Shown piece after piece: positions 1 through 9,429 of a DNA stretch of 32,000 bases (the stretch's first letter is position 1; the number at the start of each line of letters is the position of its first letter). Under the pieces are notes generated by a model that was not told the DNA's origin, did not search any database, and saw only the letters and a program-made list of their open reading frames with translations. A program made the position numbers and the translations under genes. Source of the stretch: an uncultured bacterium (GTDB lineage: Bacteria; Margulisbacteria; WOR-1; CAVSGV01); contig OY969425.1 of NCBI GenBank assembly GCA_963699255.1, positions 1,650,001-1,682,000 on the forward strand. Direction: 5' to 3'.

Positions 1-1
1 G

Positions 2-1081
2 GAAAACTTTATCCTGCCCCTCGTGGAAGGGTTCAAATATAATGACAATGTTTTTGCCGTCTCATCCCAAATATTTTTTCTGGATAAGGACAAGAGAAGG
101 GAAGAGTCCGGATTGACAAAGGCCTGGTTCAGGAAGGGGTGGCTGTTGACCGGCCATGTCGTTGAACAGAAAATAATTGACAAGATGAACAATTATGAAT
201 TCACTTTCTGGGCCGGCGGGGGATCAACCGCCTTCGACAGGAAAAAATTTCTTGGGATAAAACTGGATACTCTTTACGACCCGTTTTATTTGGAGGACAT
301 AGACATTTCTTATCAGGCATGGAAAAGAGGATATGTTATCTTATTCTCGAAGGGCAGCGAAACATACCATATGCACAGGGCTACAAATCGTGTTAAGTTC
401 GGGGATGATTATATTGACGCAATAAGGAAAAGAAACACTTTTCTGTTCATCTGGAAGAACATTACCGCTCCCGATCTGATCCGGCAGCATTTATTCCGTT
501 TGCCCCACATTATATCCAGTTCCATTAAAGAAGGGGGGATTGGCGAGCTATTTATTTTTTTTAAAGCTTTGATGAAATTACCTGAATGCATGAAGAAAAG
601 ATATGAAAGTAAAAAGTATTATAAGCTAAGTGATGAGGATATTTTTAATGTATTTTCTGCGGATGGCAAACCCAAAAACACCAATTCTATTGATTTTTCT
701 TTAGGTGATTTTAATGAAAACATTGGCGGTGACTGGCATAACAGAGAACTAAATTATCGATGGGTAGGGAAAAAATCGGTTTGTTATCTTTTTTCTGAAG
801 ATAGAATGAAAAAGCTGATAGTGAAGGGTTATTGTGGGATACCGGAGCCGATTTTTAAAGGGAGAGAATTTATTTTGTCAATATTCATTAACAACAAACT
901 GATGGTAAGAGAACCATTGCAAAATGGAGAGATCAATATTGAGTGTGATATCCATCAAATTAAAAAGCAGATGAATGAAATTGTTTTTAGTATGAATAAT
1001 ACTTTTAATTCAAAAAAAGCAGGCATTGGTGAAGATGAGAGAGATTTAGGCGTTATTATAAATAAGGTCGAAATGATTTAG
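2..1081 (+). CDS. Glycosyltransferase family 2 (GT-A fold), 5-prime truncated by window edge, with ~130-aa C-terminal region of unknown function
   Basis: Reading frame is open back to nt 2 (ENFILPLVEGF...), so the listed start at 23 is not the true start. The C-terminal half carries GT2-type motifs (FWAGGGSTAFDRKKF, YLEDIDISYQAWKRGY). I recognise no motif in the last ~130 aa. Confidence 0.7.
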   Translation, partial: ENFILPLVEGFKYNDNVFAVSSQIFFLDKDKRREESGLTKAWFRKGWLLTGHVVEQKIIDKMNNYEFTFWAGGGSTAFDRKKFLGIKLDTLYDPFYLEDIDISYQAWKRGYVILFSKGSETYHMHRATNRVKFGDDYIDAIRKRNTFLFIWKNITAPDLIRQHLFRLPHIISSSIKEGGIGELFIFFKALMKLPECMKKRYESKKYYKLSDEDIFNVFSADGKPKNTNSIDFSLGDFNENIGGDWHNRELNYRWVGKKSVCYLFSEDRMKKLIVKGYCGIPEPIFKGREFILSIFINNKLMVREPLQNGEINIECDIHQIKKQMNEIVFSMNNTFNSKKAGIGEDERDLGVIINKVEMI

Positions 1082-1261
1082 ATGTAAGACTTTTGTTATG
1101 ATGTCGGCTTATAATGAGCAGAATGCTTCAAGTGCAGTATAATTGAAAGTCTGTTTTTTCGGGGCAAGACCAGATTACGAGAAGATTAAATTAATAATTG
1201 TTAGAAGCAAAAATATAGGTGGTGTTTGGGATGGATTTGCGTTTGGTTCAAAGGTTTAAAT

Positions 1262-2413
1262 ATGAATTTTGAAGACTTTAAATATATTATTGTGGGTAGC
1301 GGTTTTTGGGGCAGTGTAATTGCAGAAAGAATTGCATCGGTTTTGAATGAACATGTTGTGATTCTTGAAAGGCGAAACCATGTAGGCGGGAATTCGTTTT
1401 CAAAAATACATAAAGAAACAGGGATTGAATACCATTGTTATGGGACGCATGTATTTCACACTTCTAATAAGAAGGTGTGGAACTATATAAGAACTTTTTC
1501 TGATTTTACTAATTATCAGCATAAAGTTTTTATTCAACACAAAAATCGCATATACAGTATGCCCATTAACTTGGCGACAATTAATGATTATTACGGGCTT
1601 AATTTAATGCCGTCTGAGATAAAAGCTTTTTTAAAAAAAGAGATAAATCGATCTGGCCATGTTTCATCTCCGTCAAATTTAGAAGACAAGGCAATATCAT
1701 TAATTGGTAAGCCCCTTTACGATTCCTTTATTCGAGGATATACATTTAAGCAATGGGGAACCGACCCTAAAAAATTACCCCCCGAAATATTTACTCGCCT
1801 CCCTGTTAGAGATAATTACAATATGAATTATTTTAATGATCCTTATCAAGGATTGCCTGAGTACGGTTACGCCAAATTATTTCAAAATATCCTGCTCAAT
1901 AAAAACATTCACGTCATGCTCAATACCGATTATTATAATGTCAAACACAAAATACCGAAAAGATGCAAGGTTATTTTTACTGGCGCAATAGATAAGCTTT
2001 TTGGTTTTAAATTTGGCAAATTAGCATGGAGAAGCTTAAAGTTCGATTATGAGATAAAAAATGTTAAAGATTATCAGGGAACAGCTGTGATAAATTATGC
2101 TGACATAAAAACGCCTTTTACGAGGGTCCACGAATTTAAACATTTGCATCCGGAACGGAATTATCAATCACCTAAAACAATTATTTGCAGGGAATATTCA
2201 AAGACTTGCCAGGATGACAATGAACAATATTATCCTATAAATGACAAAAAAAACATGGAGATGTTTCATTTGTATGAAAAGGAAGCTAGGAAATATCCTG
2301 ATCTTATAATTGGGGGGAGACTGGGATCATATCGATATTGGGATATGGATACGACAATAGAAAGTGCCCTGGCGTGTTTTCATAAGAGAATATTAAAGGG
2401 GAAATCTTCTTGA
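1262..2413 (+). CDS. glf: UDP-galactopyranose mutase
   Basis: N-terminal FAD Rossmann motif YIIVGSGFWGSVIAERIA..ILERRNHVGGN, then GTHVFHT, then C-terminal YYPINDKKN...GGRLGSYRYWDMD, characteristic of Glf. ATG at 1262 is preferred over the non-ATG ORF-track start at 1226, which adds 12 unconserved residues. Confidence 0.9.
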   Translation: MNFEDFKYIIVGSGFWGSVIAERIASVLNEHVVILERRNHVGGNSFSKIHKETGIEYHCYGTHVFHTSNKKVWNYIRTFSDFTNYQHKVFIQHKNRIYSMPINLATINDYYGLNLMPSEIKAFLKKEINRSGHVSSPSNLEDKAISLIGKPLYDSFIRGYTFKQWGTDPKKLPPEIFTRLPVRDNYNMNYFNDPYQGLPEYGYAKLFQNILLNKNIHVMLNTDYYNVKHKIPKRCKVIFTGAIDKLFGFKFGKLAWRSLKFDYEIKNVKDYQGTAVINYADIKTPFTRVHEFKHLHPERNYQSPKTIICREYSKTCQDDNEQYYPINDKKNMEMFHLYEKEARKYPDLIIGGRLGSYRYWDMDTTIESALACFHKRILKGKSS

Positions 2414-4620
2414 AGGAACTCGCGGTTATTATCCCTGTTTATAACGAAGAAGGAGCAATTAGAGCTGTCCTTGAAAAGTGGAGCAAAGAATTTGAGCGAT
2501 TGAAAATCGACTATATTATTCATGTTTATAATGATGGGTCAAAGGATAATTCCTTACTTGTTCTTGAGGAAGTATCAAAAGGGAATAAAAGAATTGTAAT
2601 TCATGATAAACCGAATAGCGGTCATGGGCCGACTATTTTACGGGGCTATCGTGAAAGCATTGATTCTGAATGGATATTCCAGGTTGATTCGGATGATGAA
2701 ATGGGGCCAGAATTATTTAAGGAGCTGTGGGACAGAAGAAATGAAAATGATTTTCTTGTGGGAAGAAGAAGCGGGCGTCAAAGTTCGTTACCAAGGAAGA
2801 TCGTCTCATTAATTTCCAGAATGACGGTAAGATTATTTTGTGGGCGCGGAGTTTGGGACGTTAATAGTCCCTATAGGTTAATGAGAACCACCAAATTTTC
2901 AGATTTGTTTTCTCAAATTCCCGATGATACTTTTGCTCCTAATATAATTATTTCTGGCTATGCATGCAGCAGGAGATTAAAAATCCTTGAAATGCCGATC
3001 ACCCATGCAGAGAGGAAAACAGGGGAAGTTTCAATAAAAAAATGGAAATTATTGAAAATAGCGATTAAATCATTTCGCCAGGTAATAAACTTTTTTATCC
3101 GGTTGCAACGAGAATTTATTGCATTATCCATTTTAAGAGTATTAACTCTTGCGCTTGTTATTTATATACTTTTGTTGCAGGTAAATAGAGTTATAACACT
3201 TTGTATAACGTATGATGATGCTTATAATGCAACAGTTGCAAAAAATATCGCATCAGGATATGGCTATGCTACTTCATATCATTCCATTAAAAAGTTTAAT
3301 CCAGAAATAACTACCGGGCCTACACTTATTTTCCCGGCTGCTTTATTCATTAGAGTATTTGGGAATAAATATTGGGTGCCAACTCTTACAAGTAGTATTA
3401 TTAATTTTGCTCTATTATTATGTGTTTTATGGTTATTCGGGAAAATAGGCTTCTCTCAGATAGAGGCATGGGCTTCTCGGTTGTTATTATTAATATTTTT
3501 TATTGGGGGCTCATTATTTTCAACAACAGGATGTTTGTGGAATATTCTGTTAGGCGAAAATCCCGCGGCTTTAATCGCGATTATGTCAACCATGGTTTTG
3601 TTTTCGTTTTTGCATTTTAAGCGACCCAATCTTGCTGTCTTCGGTGCCGGAATCTTAGGAGGCCTGGCATATTTAACAAAAATGCTTACCAGTTTCAATT
3701 TATTGGTACTATTCTTCTTATTCCCTGCTTGGCTTTGTTTTGCCAAAAAAAGTTTGCCGTATAAAAAGATCATTTTGTTAGCATGTATTTTCTTGTTGGG
3801 GAACGTTGTTATGATAGGGTCGTTTGAGCTGTATAAAGTATTAAATACCTCTCCACGGGAATATGTTGATATTAAAAATGCGGAGAGGAATGGTTTTGTG
3901 AATTCCGGTCCGATAGGGATTAACAGTATTATTACAGCTAAATCTAAAACAGATTACGTAAAATGTACTTTTGGTAGAAACCTTGGGATTTTTCAGAAAG
4001 ACTATTGCCATGGAGATATATTTATGATCAGTCTAATCGCAATTATTATCTTTACTATTATTGGTTCATTGGGAAACACATCTGTTCATTTTATTGGCTA
4101 CGCTTTAATTATTACGTTTTTAATGCATTTTGGTTGGTGGTCGTTTTTCTCGGCGGGTTATTCGCGCCATTTACACCCGGCTCTTTTATTTCTATTTGTT
4201 GGATTGTCGATCTTATTTGTTAAGATAAGAAAAAGAGCTATTTTTATCATGGTTCTTTTCCTATTTATAATTTATTTGTCTCCGATATTTAATAACACAA
4301 AATGCATGATCCCACTTTACTGGAATTGGCAAAGAGATCCAAGGGCAGTTGCACTTTTAAAAACAGCGGATTTCATTCATGGCAATCAAAATAAATATAA
4401 ATTAATTGGGGCAGGATGGAATGTGCCTAGAGAGGTAGAATATATTTTACCTGGAGTGTGTAATATCTCTAATTATTTTGAAATTGTAGGGAAAGAAAAT
4501 CTTAACAATGCGGCTCTTGTATGGTATGAAGATTGGCCTTGGGATTGGGCATGTATTAAATGTCATAACAGGCAAGTTATTTTTAAAGAGAAACCTTATA
4601 TGCTTTTATTATGCAGGTAA
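2410..4620 (+). CDS. Fusion protein: N-terminal GT2 (GtrB/DPM1-like polyprenyl-phosphate glycosyltransferase) plus C-terminal polytopic GT-C-like (ArnT/PMT_2-like) membrane domain
   Basis: The first ~230 aa carry IIPVYNEE, YNDGSKDNS and QVDSDDE (DxD). The remaining ~500 aa are highly hydrophobic, with many predicted TM helices. The loop motif YDDAYNATVAKNIASGYGYA follows the first TM and resembles the acidic first-loop motif of GT-C enzymes. The TTG start overlaps the glf stop (cTTGA). Confidence 0.75.
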   Translation: MKELAVIIPVYNEEGAIRAVLEKWSKEFERLKIDYIIHVYNDGSKDNSLLVLEEVSKGNKRIVIHDKPNSGHGPTILRGYRESIDSEWIFQVDSDDEMGPELFKELWDRRNENDFLVGRRSGRQSSLPRKIVSLISRMTVRLFCGRGVWDVNSPYRLMRTTKFSDLFSQIPDDTFAPNIIISGYACSRRLKILEMPITHAERKTGEVSIKKWKLLKIAIKSFRQVINFFIRLQREFIALSILRVLTLALVIYILLLQVNRVITLCITYDDAYNATVAKNIASGYGYATSYHSIKKFNPEITTGPTLIFPAALFIRVFGNKYWVPTLTSSIINFALLLCVLWLFGKIGFSQIEAWASRLLLLIFFIGGSLFSTTGCLWNILLGENPAALIAIMSTMVLFSFLHFKRPNLAVFGAGILGGLAYLTKMLTSFNLLVLFFLFPAWLCFAKKSLPYKKIILLACIFLLGNVVMIGSFELYKVLNTSPREYVDIKNAERNGFVNSGPIGINSIITAKSKTDYVKCTFGRNLGIFQKDYCHGDIFMISLIAIIIFTIIGSLGNTSVHFIGYALIITFLMHFGWWSFFSAGYSRHLHPALLFLFVGLSILFVKIRKRAIFIMVLFLFIIYLSPIFNNTKCMIPLYWNWQRDPRAVALLKTADFIHGNQNKYKLIGAGWNVPREVEYILPGVCNISNYFEIVGKENLNNAALVWYEDWPWDWACIKCHNRQVIFKEKPYMLLLCR

Positions 4621-4723
4621 ATAATGCATAGTGCAAACCCGATAATGTTTTATAGCTTTGCTGGCGATGTTAATTACGGGCTAAAGTTTGGCAATTTCAA
4701 AAGAGAAGGGGAATATAAAAGCA

Positions 4724-6904
4724 ATGAGTTTAGATAAAAATTCCAAAAACGGCGACTTTTTCATAAAAATAGTTTTATTTTTAATCCCTTCAATATTTTT
4801 GTGGAAGATTATATTCGATTCGCAACATTATACGATTGCAACCTTTCAGGACAATTTGTTTAACATATATGCGACATATCACTTTTATCTTGATTCGTTG
4901 TCGAAATTCAGCTTACCTTTATGGGATTTTTATAGGCATGCTGGGATCCCCTTTTTGTATGATCCGTTGTTTTCCGGATTATATCCGATGAACTACGTAT
5001 GCCTGCCTGTGTATATGATTACAAAGAATGTTTATACTTTCCTCATTTTTTCGACTTATTTGCACTATTGTATAGCTATTTTTTCAATGTACTATTTCCT
5101 CAAGCACAATAAATCTTCAAAGTTTACTTGCTTAATAGGAGCTATTCTGTTTGCATTTGGCGGGGGATTAAGTTTACGGATGAACGGCCAAATACAGATT
5201 TTTTGGTCTTTTTGCTGGTTGCCTTTGATATTGCTTTGTTATCAGAAATCCTTAGAGGCGAATAAAAAACCCAATATTTATACATACTTGACCTCAATTA
5301 TTTTCTCGGTGGTTATACTAAGTGGGCAGCATTATACTTTTATTCTTGATGGATTGACAATCTTTTTGTTTACAGTATTTGCTTATGTAAAGGACTTTAA
5401 CAAAGGTTTTCTTGAATGGAGTGTTGTGAATTTGTTGTTGATCGTTATAATCACTGGCTTGCTTTCCGCCGTTTTTATTTTACCGTCGTATGAACTTGCT
5501 TCCCGTAGCTTTAGATGGATTGGAAGCCCAAATGATCCTGTTATGGCGTTGGGTAAGATTTCCTATGCAGACGCGAGCAAATACTCCGGAACCCTCGAGA
5601 ATATACTCTCATTTTTCGAGAGAACGTGGGAATCGCAGTATATTAATCTGTATATTGGTGTTTTAAGTCTGTTTTTTCTTGGGATTGCATTCGCAAAAAA
5701 AAACAGAGATCGCGCCTTCTATTGGTTCACATTTATATTTTTCAGTTTGGCCAGTTTGGGAAATAAAACTTTCATTTATTATGCGTTGTATATGGTTGTT
5801 CCAATGTTTGACAAAATAAGAACTGTGTATGTTTTGCTTTATCCGGCAATCTTTTGCCTTATTTGCCTGGTGTGTTATGGGATCGATGAATTCGCAAATG
5901 CAAAAGTGAAAGTAAAATCGATCAGGTCTGGCCCTGGAGATGTTTTCAGGAATGCAGCTGCGGTTATTATCGTTATTTTGTTTATTGGTTTATTGGCCGG
6001 CAATGCCAGGTTGTTTGAAATAAGCATAAGCGCTTCGGGATTTATATTTTTATTAAGCATCGGCGCCATATTGATCTGGAAGATCATTAAACCGGCGTAT
6101 GACGTCAGGATAGTTATTTTGCTTTTTATATTGATTGATTTGTTAGCATTCATAAATGTTAATCTCCCGCGAATTAGCGACAAAAACAATCCGAACTGGT
6201 TTAAAGACGACGAGATGATTTATAAGATTATTAAATCGGACGCGGGGAAAGGTGGCTTTAGAGTATTTGCTCCGAATGACATTCTTCCAAGGAATTTTGG
6301 CGAAGTATATAAAATTAGCAATTTCGAGGGTTACGGCGCATTGATGTTGCAGGATTTTTACAGGGAGCGTGGCTTTCCGCATGAGGGAGACGACAACAAA
6401 CTATTTAATCTTATGAGTGTAAAGTATCATATTTCCGATAAAGCTATTAATAATATGCAGGGCTATAAACTTCTGAAGAGGATAAATAAAAAGTACATAT
6501 ATGAAAATACGCTGTATTTCCCAAAAGCCTTTTTAATAGAAAGCGTGAATTATATACTTGATATTTCCTCCTCAGTTGATGTAAAGAAAAAAATAATGCT
6601 CGTAAACAATTACGTCATAAAGCCGAACGCCATTGAAATGGGGTTTTCTGTCAGTAAACCTGCCAGCCTGGTCATTTCCGAAAACTATTATCCTGGTTGG
6701 CGCGCATCTGATAATGGTAAAAATGTTCAGATTAACAAATACAGGAATATTATGTTTATCGACGTTTCCAAGGGGCAACATGATGTCAAAATAATTTTCA
6801 GGCCCTTCAAATTTTATCTTGGGGCTGGGATTTCAGTTATAATGTTACTCACAGTATGTTTCTTAATCTTCCAAGAAGTATTCGGGGCAACCTTTGAGAC
6901 ATGA
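4724..6904 (+). CDS. YfhO-family polytopic membrane protein (GT-C-type extracytoplasmic glycosyltransferase family)
   Basis: ~725 aa, multi-TM N-terminal two thirds. The C-terminal soluble part ends ENYYPGWRASDNGKNVQINKYRNIMFIDVSKGQHDVKIIFRP plus a final TM, which is the typical YfhO architecture. ATG 4724, with GAAGGGG ~12 nt upstream, is preferred to the TTG at 4688. Confidence 0.75.
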   Translation: MSLDKNSKNGDFFIKIVLFLIPSIFLWKIIFDSQHYTIATFQDNLFNIYATYHFYLDSLSKFSLPLWDFYRHAGIPFLYDPLFSGLYPMNYVCLPVYMITKNVYTFLIFSTYLHYCIAIFSMYYFLKHNKSSKFTCLIGAILFAFGGGLSLRMNGQIQIFWSFCWLPLILLCYQKSLEANKKPNIYTYLTSIIFSVVILSGQHYTFILDGLTIFLFTVFAYVKDFNKGFLEWSVVNLLLIVIITGLLSAVFILPSYELASRSFRWIGSPNDPVMALGKISYADASKYSGTLENILSFFERTWESQYINLYIGVLSLFFLGIAFAKKNRDRAFYWFTFIFFSLASLGNKTFIYYALYMVVPMFDKIRTVYVLLYPAIFCLICLVCYGIDEFANAKVKVKSIRSGPGDVFRNAAAVIIVILFIGLLAGNARLFEISISASGFIFLLSIGAILIWKIIKPAYDVRIVILLFILIDLLAFINVNLPRISDKNNPNWFKDDEMIYKIIKSDAGKGGFRVFAPNDILPRNFGEVYKISNFEGYGALMLQDFYRERGFPHEGDDNKLFNLMSVKYHISDKAINNMQGYKLLKRINKKYIYENTLYFPKAFLIESVNYILDISSSVDVKKKIMLVNNYVIKPNAIEMGFSVSKPASLVISENYYPGWRASDNGKNVQINKYRNIMFIDVSKGQHDVKIIFRPFKFYLGAGISVIMLLTVCFLIFQEVFGATFET

Positions 6905-6970
6905 ATCTTCTTCAAGAGAACAAGCAGTTTATTGGTTTCTTGAAAAACCCGCTATGCATTTTGTTTTTAT

Positions 6971-8470
6971 ATGAATTCTAACGTTACTTTAATTAATCCA
7001 AACCTTATTACGCAGGTTGATGACAGCCTGGGCAGCGGGATTCCGTATATGCCCCTCCCTCTGGCTTATTTGGCAAGTAGTTTAAAGTTCGACTATGATC
7101 TAAACGTTATTGATGCTTTTGGGGAAAACCCTTTTCAGATCCGAAGAATTGGCGATTTCTATTCTCAAGGCCTCACAATTGAAGAGATTCTTGAAAGAAT
7201 CGAACATGTCACGAAGTACATCGTAATATATTACAGTACGGTAATGGCCAATGTAGTCATAGCGGAAACCATTCGCGCCATAAAGAAGTACGCCCCTCTT
7301 ATTCCTGTAATTGTGGTCGAAAATCCGGAAGCCGTCATCGGATGTCCATTAGAGTATATTGCCGACGAACTATTCAAGTACGGGGCGGACTATTTGATCT
7401 ACGGTGAAAGCGAGCAGAGGATCCCGAAACTCATTAAGAAACTTGAAAATGGGGATAGCTTGGATGATTTTGACGGAATCGCTTACAGGGACGAAAAGGG
7501 AGATATTACATCAAATCCGAAGAAGGCCTTTGTTCAGGAAATCGACAGCCTTCCATTCCCTTCGTGGGAATATTTTCCCCTTCGGAATTATTGGAAGCTC
7601 GGCTATGCGCACGGCCCCATGGAAGGCAAATATCTGGCGATCATGACTTCCAGGGGATGCCCTTTCAACTGTAATTTCTGTGTGATCCCGGCCATGAATG
7701 GGAGAAAGTGGCGAGGCAGGTCTCCGGAAAATGTTGTTGCGGAGATCGAGTACATGATCAAGCAATTTGATGTAAATGAATTCCACTGGGAAGACGTCAA
7801 TCCTACTGCAGATGAAAAAAGGATTAAAGAAATCTGTGAACTGCTTATTAAAAGAAGAATAAAGATAAAATGGAAATTAGCTTCCGGCAGCAAGATTGAA
7901 ACCATGAGGCTTAATACTTTGGAGTTAATGAAAAAGGCCGGATGCAATTATATTTCATTTTCACCTGAATCCGGTTCAAAAAAAGTCCTGAAGTTGATGA
8001 ACAAGCCATTCGATCACGAATACGCACTGCAAATGACGAAATATATGCACAAGATCGGCATAAGGTCACAGGCCTGTTTTGTCCTGGGTTTTCCCGGTGA
8101 GGGAGAGGAAGATATTGGGGCGACCAGGTCATATATCAAGAAACTTGCTAAAGCAGGTGTTGATGAGATCGCAATATTTATTATGACCCCGATCCCCGGG
8201 ACAAAAACATTCGGTCAAGTCACAGGATTTTCTGAGTATTCGGAGCTGACCTTCTCTCCCTCATGGCGGGAAGACTTTGCGTATTTAAGTAATATCAGAA
8301 GCAAATTGTATGTTCGTTTCCTGGTTTTAAAGATGATCTATCATCCATTTAAGTTATTGAAGCAATTATTCAATCTATTTTTCAGAAGATTTGAATGCAA
8401 AGCCGAAATGAACATATACAGGCTGTTCAGGCTTCGCTCAATGCTCAGGGCCCAAATCAAGGGGGAATAG
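6971..8470 (+). CDS. B12-binding-domain radical SAM protein (class B-like)
   Basis: CxxxCxxC cluster motif TSRGCPFNCNFCVIP ~220 aa from the N-terminus, preceded by a Rossmann-like N-terminal domain typical of cobalamin-binding rSAM enzymes. GGE-like FSPESGS motif follows downstream. Confidence 0.8.
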   Translation: MNSNVTLINPNLITQVDDSLGSGIPYMPLPLAYLASSLKFDYDLNVIDAFGENPFQIRRIGDFYSQGLTIEEILERIEHVTKYIVIYYSTVMANVVIAETIRAIKKYAPLIPVIVVENPEAVIGCPLEYIADELFKYGADYLIYGESEQRIPKLIKKLENGDSLDDFDGIAYRDEKGDITSNPKKAFVQEIDSLPFPSWEYFPLRNYWKLGYAHGPMEGKYLAIMTSRGCPFNCNFCVIPAMNGRKWRGRSPENVVAEIEYMIKQFDVNEFHWEDVNPTADEKRIKEICELLIKRRIKIKWKLASGSKIETMRLNTLELMKKAGCNYISFSPESGSKKVLKLMNKPFDHEYALQMTKYMHKIGIRSQACFVLGFPGEGEEDIGATRSYIKKLAKAGVDEIAIFIMTPIPGTKTFGQVTGFSEYSELTFSPSWREDFAYLSNIRSKLYVRFLVLKMIYHPFKLLKQLFNLFFRRFECKAEMNIYRLFRLRSMLRAQIKGE

Positions 8471-8515
8471 TCTCGAAGTTATTATATAATGGTCGAGAAT
8501 AGAGAAGGGGGATTC

Positions 8516-9424
8516 ATGAAGCCAGATGAATATTATGAATATGTCCCGTGCAATTTATGCGGCGGCAAAGAATATGATGTGATATATAAGCCGGGGAAGA
8601 AGGAATTTAAGCCTCATGAGATATTTTCCGCATCTGGCGGAATAATGGGAACTCAGCAGATCGTAAAATGCAAGAATTGCGGGTTGATGTACGTCAATCC
8701 CCGCATCAAACCTGAGATTATCATTAGCGCCTATGGCGATGCCATTGATGAATTATATGTGTCTCAGGAAGAAGGCAGAAAGAAGACATTTATGAAAGCC
8801 CTGAGGCTTGTTGAAAAATATGCACCTAATAAAGGCAGGATATTAGATGTGGGCGCGGCGGCGGGCTTTTTCCTTGATACCGCGAAGCAAAGCGGCTGGG
8901 AAACTTACGGCGTCGAGCCGAGCAAATGGATGGCAAAATGGGGAAACGATAAATTCCATGTTAATATCAAGGCGGGCACGTTGGAGGAAGCGGAATTCCC
9001 AGATGATTACTTTGACGTTGTTACGATGTGGGACGTTCTTGAACACACCTCGGATCCGATGGGGGAGCTTTCGGAAGCGAACAGGGTCCTGAAGAAAGGC
9101 GGAATATTGATAATTAATTATCCTAATGCGGGGAGTTCTCTCGCGAAGCTGTTCCGAAGCAAGTGGTGGTTCTTCCTTTCGGTGCACTTATATTATTTCA
9201 CTCCCAAAACAATATCAATGATGCTTGCAAAGAACAATTTCCGGCCGCTGAAGTTCAGCAGGCATTTCCAAACGCTCGGCCTGGAACACTTGATAAAAAT
9301 GGTCGGATTATATAACAAGCCGCTGTCAAATCTCGGTTTAAAAGTCACAAAAACCCTCAGAATGGGCAACTGGCAAATACCTTATTATGCCAGTCAGGCA
9401 AATGTTATAGCAAGGAAACAATAA
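8516..9424 (+). CDS. Class I SAM-dependent methyltransferase with N-terminal Cys4 zinc ribbon
   Basis: CNLCGG...CKNCGLMYVNP zinc ribbon. SAM motif I RILDVGAAAGFFLD, then FDVVTMWDVLEH and LKKGGILIIN. ATG 8516 has AGAAGGGGG 5 nt upstream; the alternative ATG at 8489 lacks an SD. Confidence 0.8.
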   Translation: MKPDEYYEYVPCNLCGGKEYDVIYKPGKKEFKPHEIFSASGGIMGTQQIVKCKNCGLMYVNPRIKPEIIISAYGDAIDELYVSQEEGRKKTFMKALRLVEKYAPNKGRILDVGAAAGFFLDTAKQSGWETYGVEPSKWMAKWGNDKFHVNIKAGTLEEAEFPDDYFDVVTMWDVLEHTSDPMGELSEANRVLKKGGILIINYPNAGSSLAKLFRSKWWFFLSVHLYYFTPKTISMMLAKNNFRPLKFSRHFQTLGLEHLIKMVGLYNKPLSNLGLKVTKTLRMGNWQIPYYASQANVIARKQ

Positions 9425-9429
9425 TAAAC

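Noticed and set aside
6905-6970. Possible terminator after yfhO (TTCAAGA ... TCTTGAA) and a small hairpin after the lipoprotein gene (GGGAatgTCCC at ~12741-12751)
   Set aside because: The stems are short and AT-rich, with a long loop in the first case, and the U-tracts are weak or absent. This is not strong enough to annotate.
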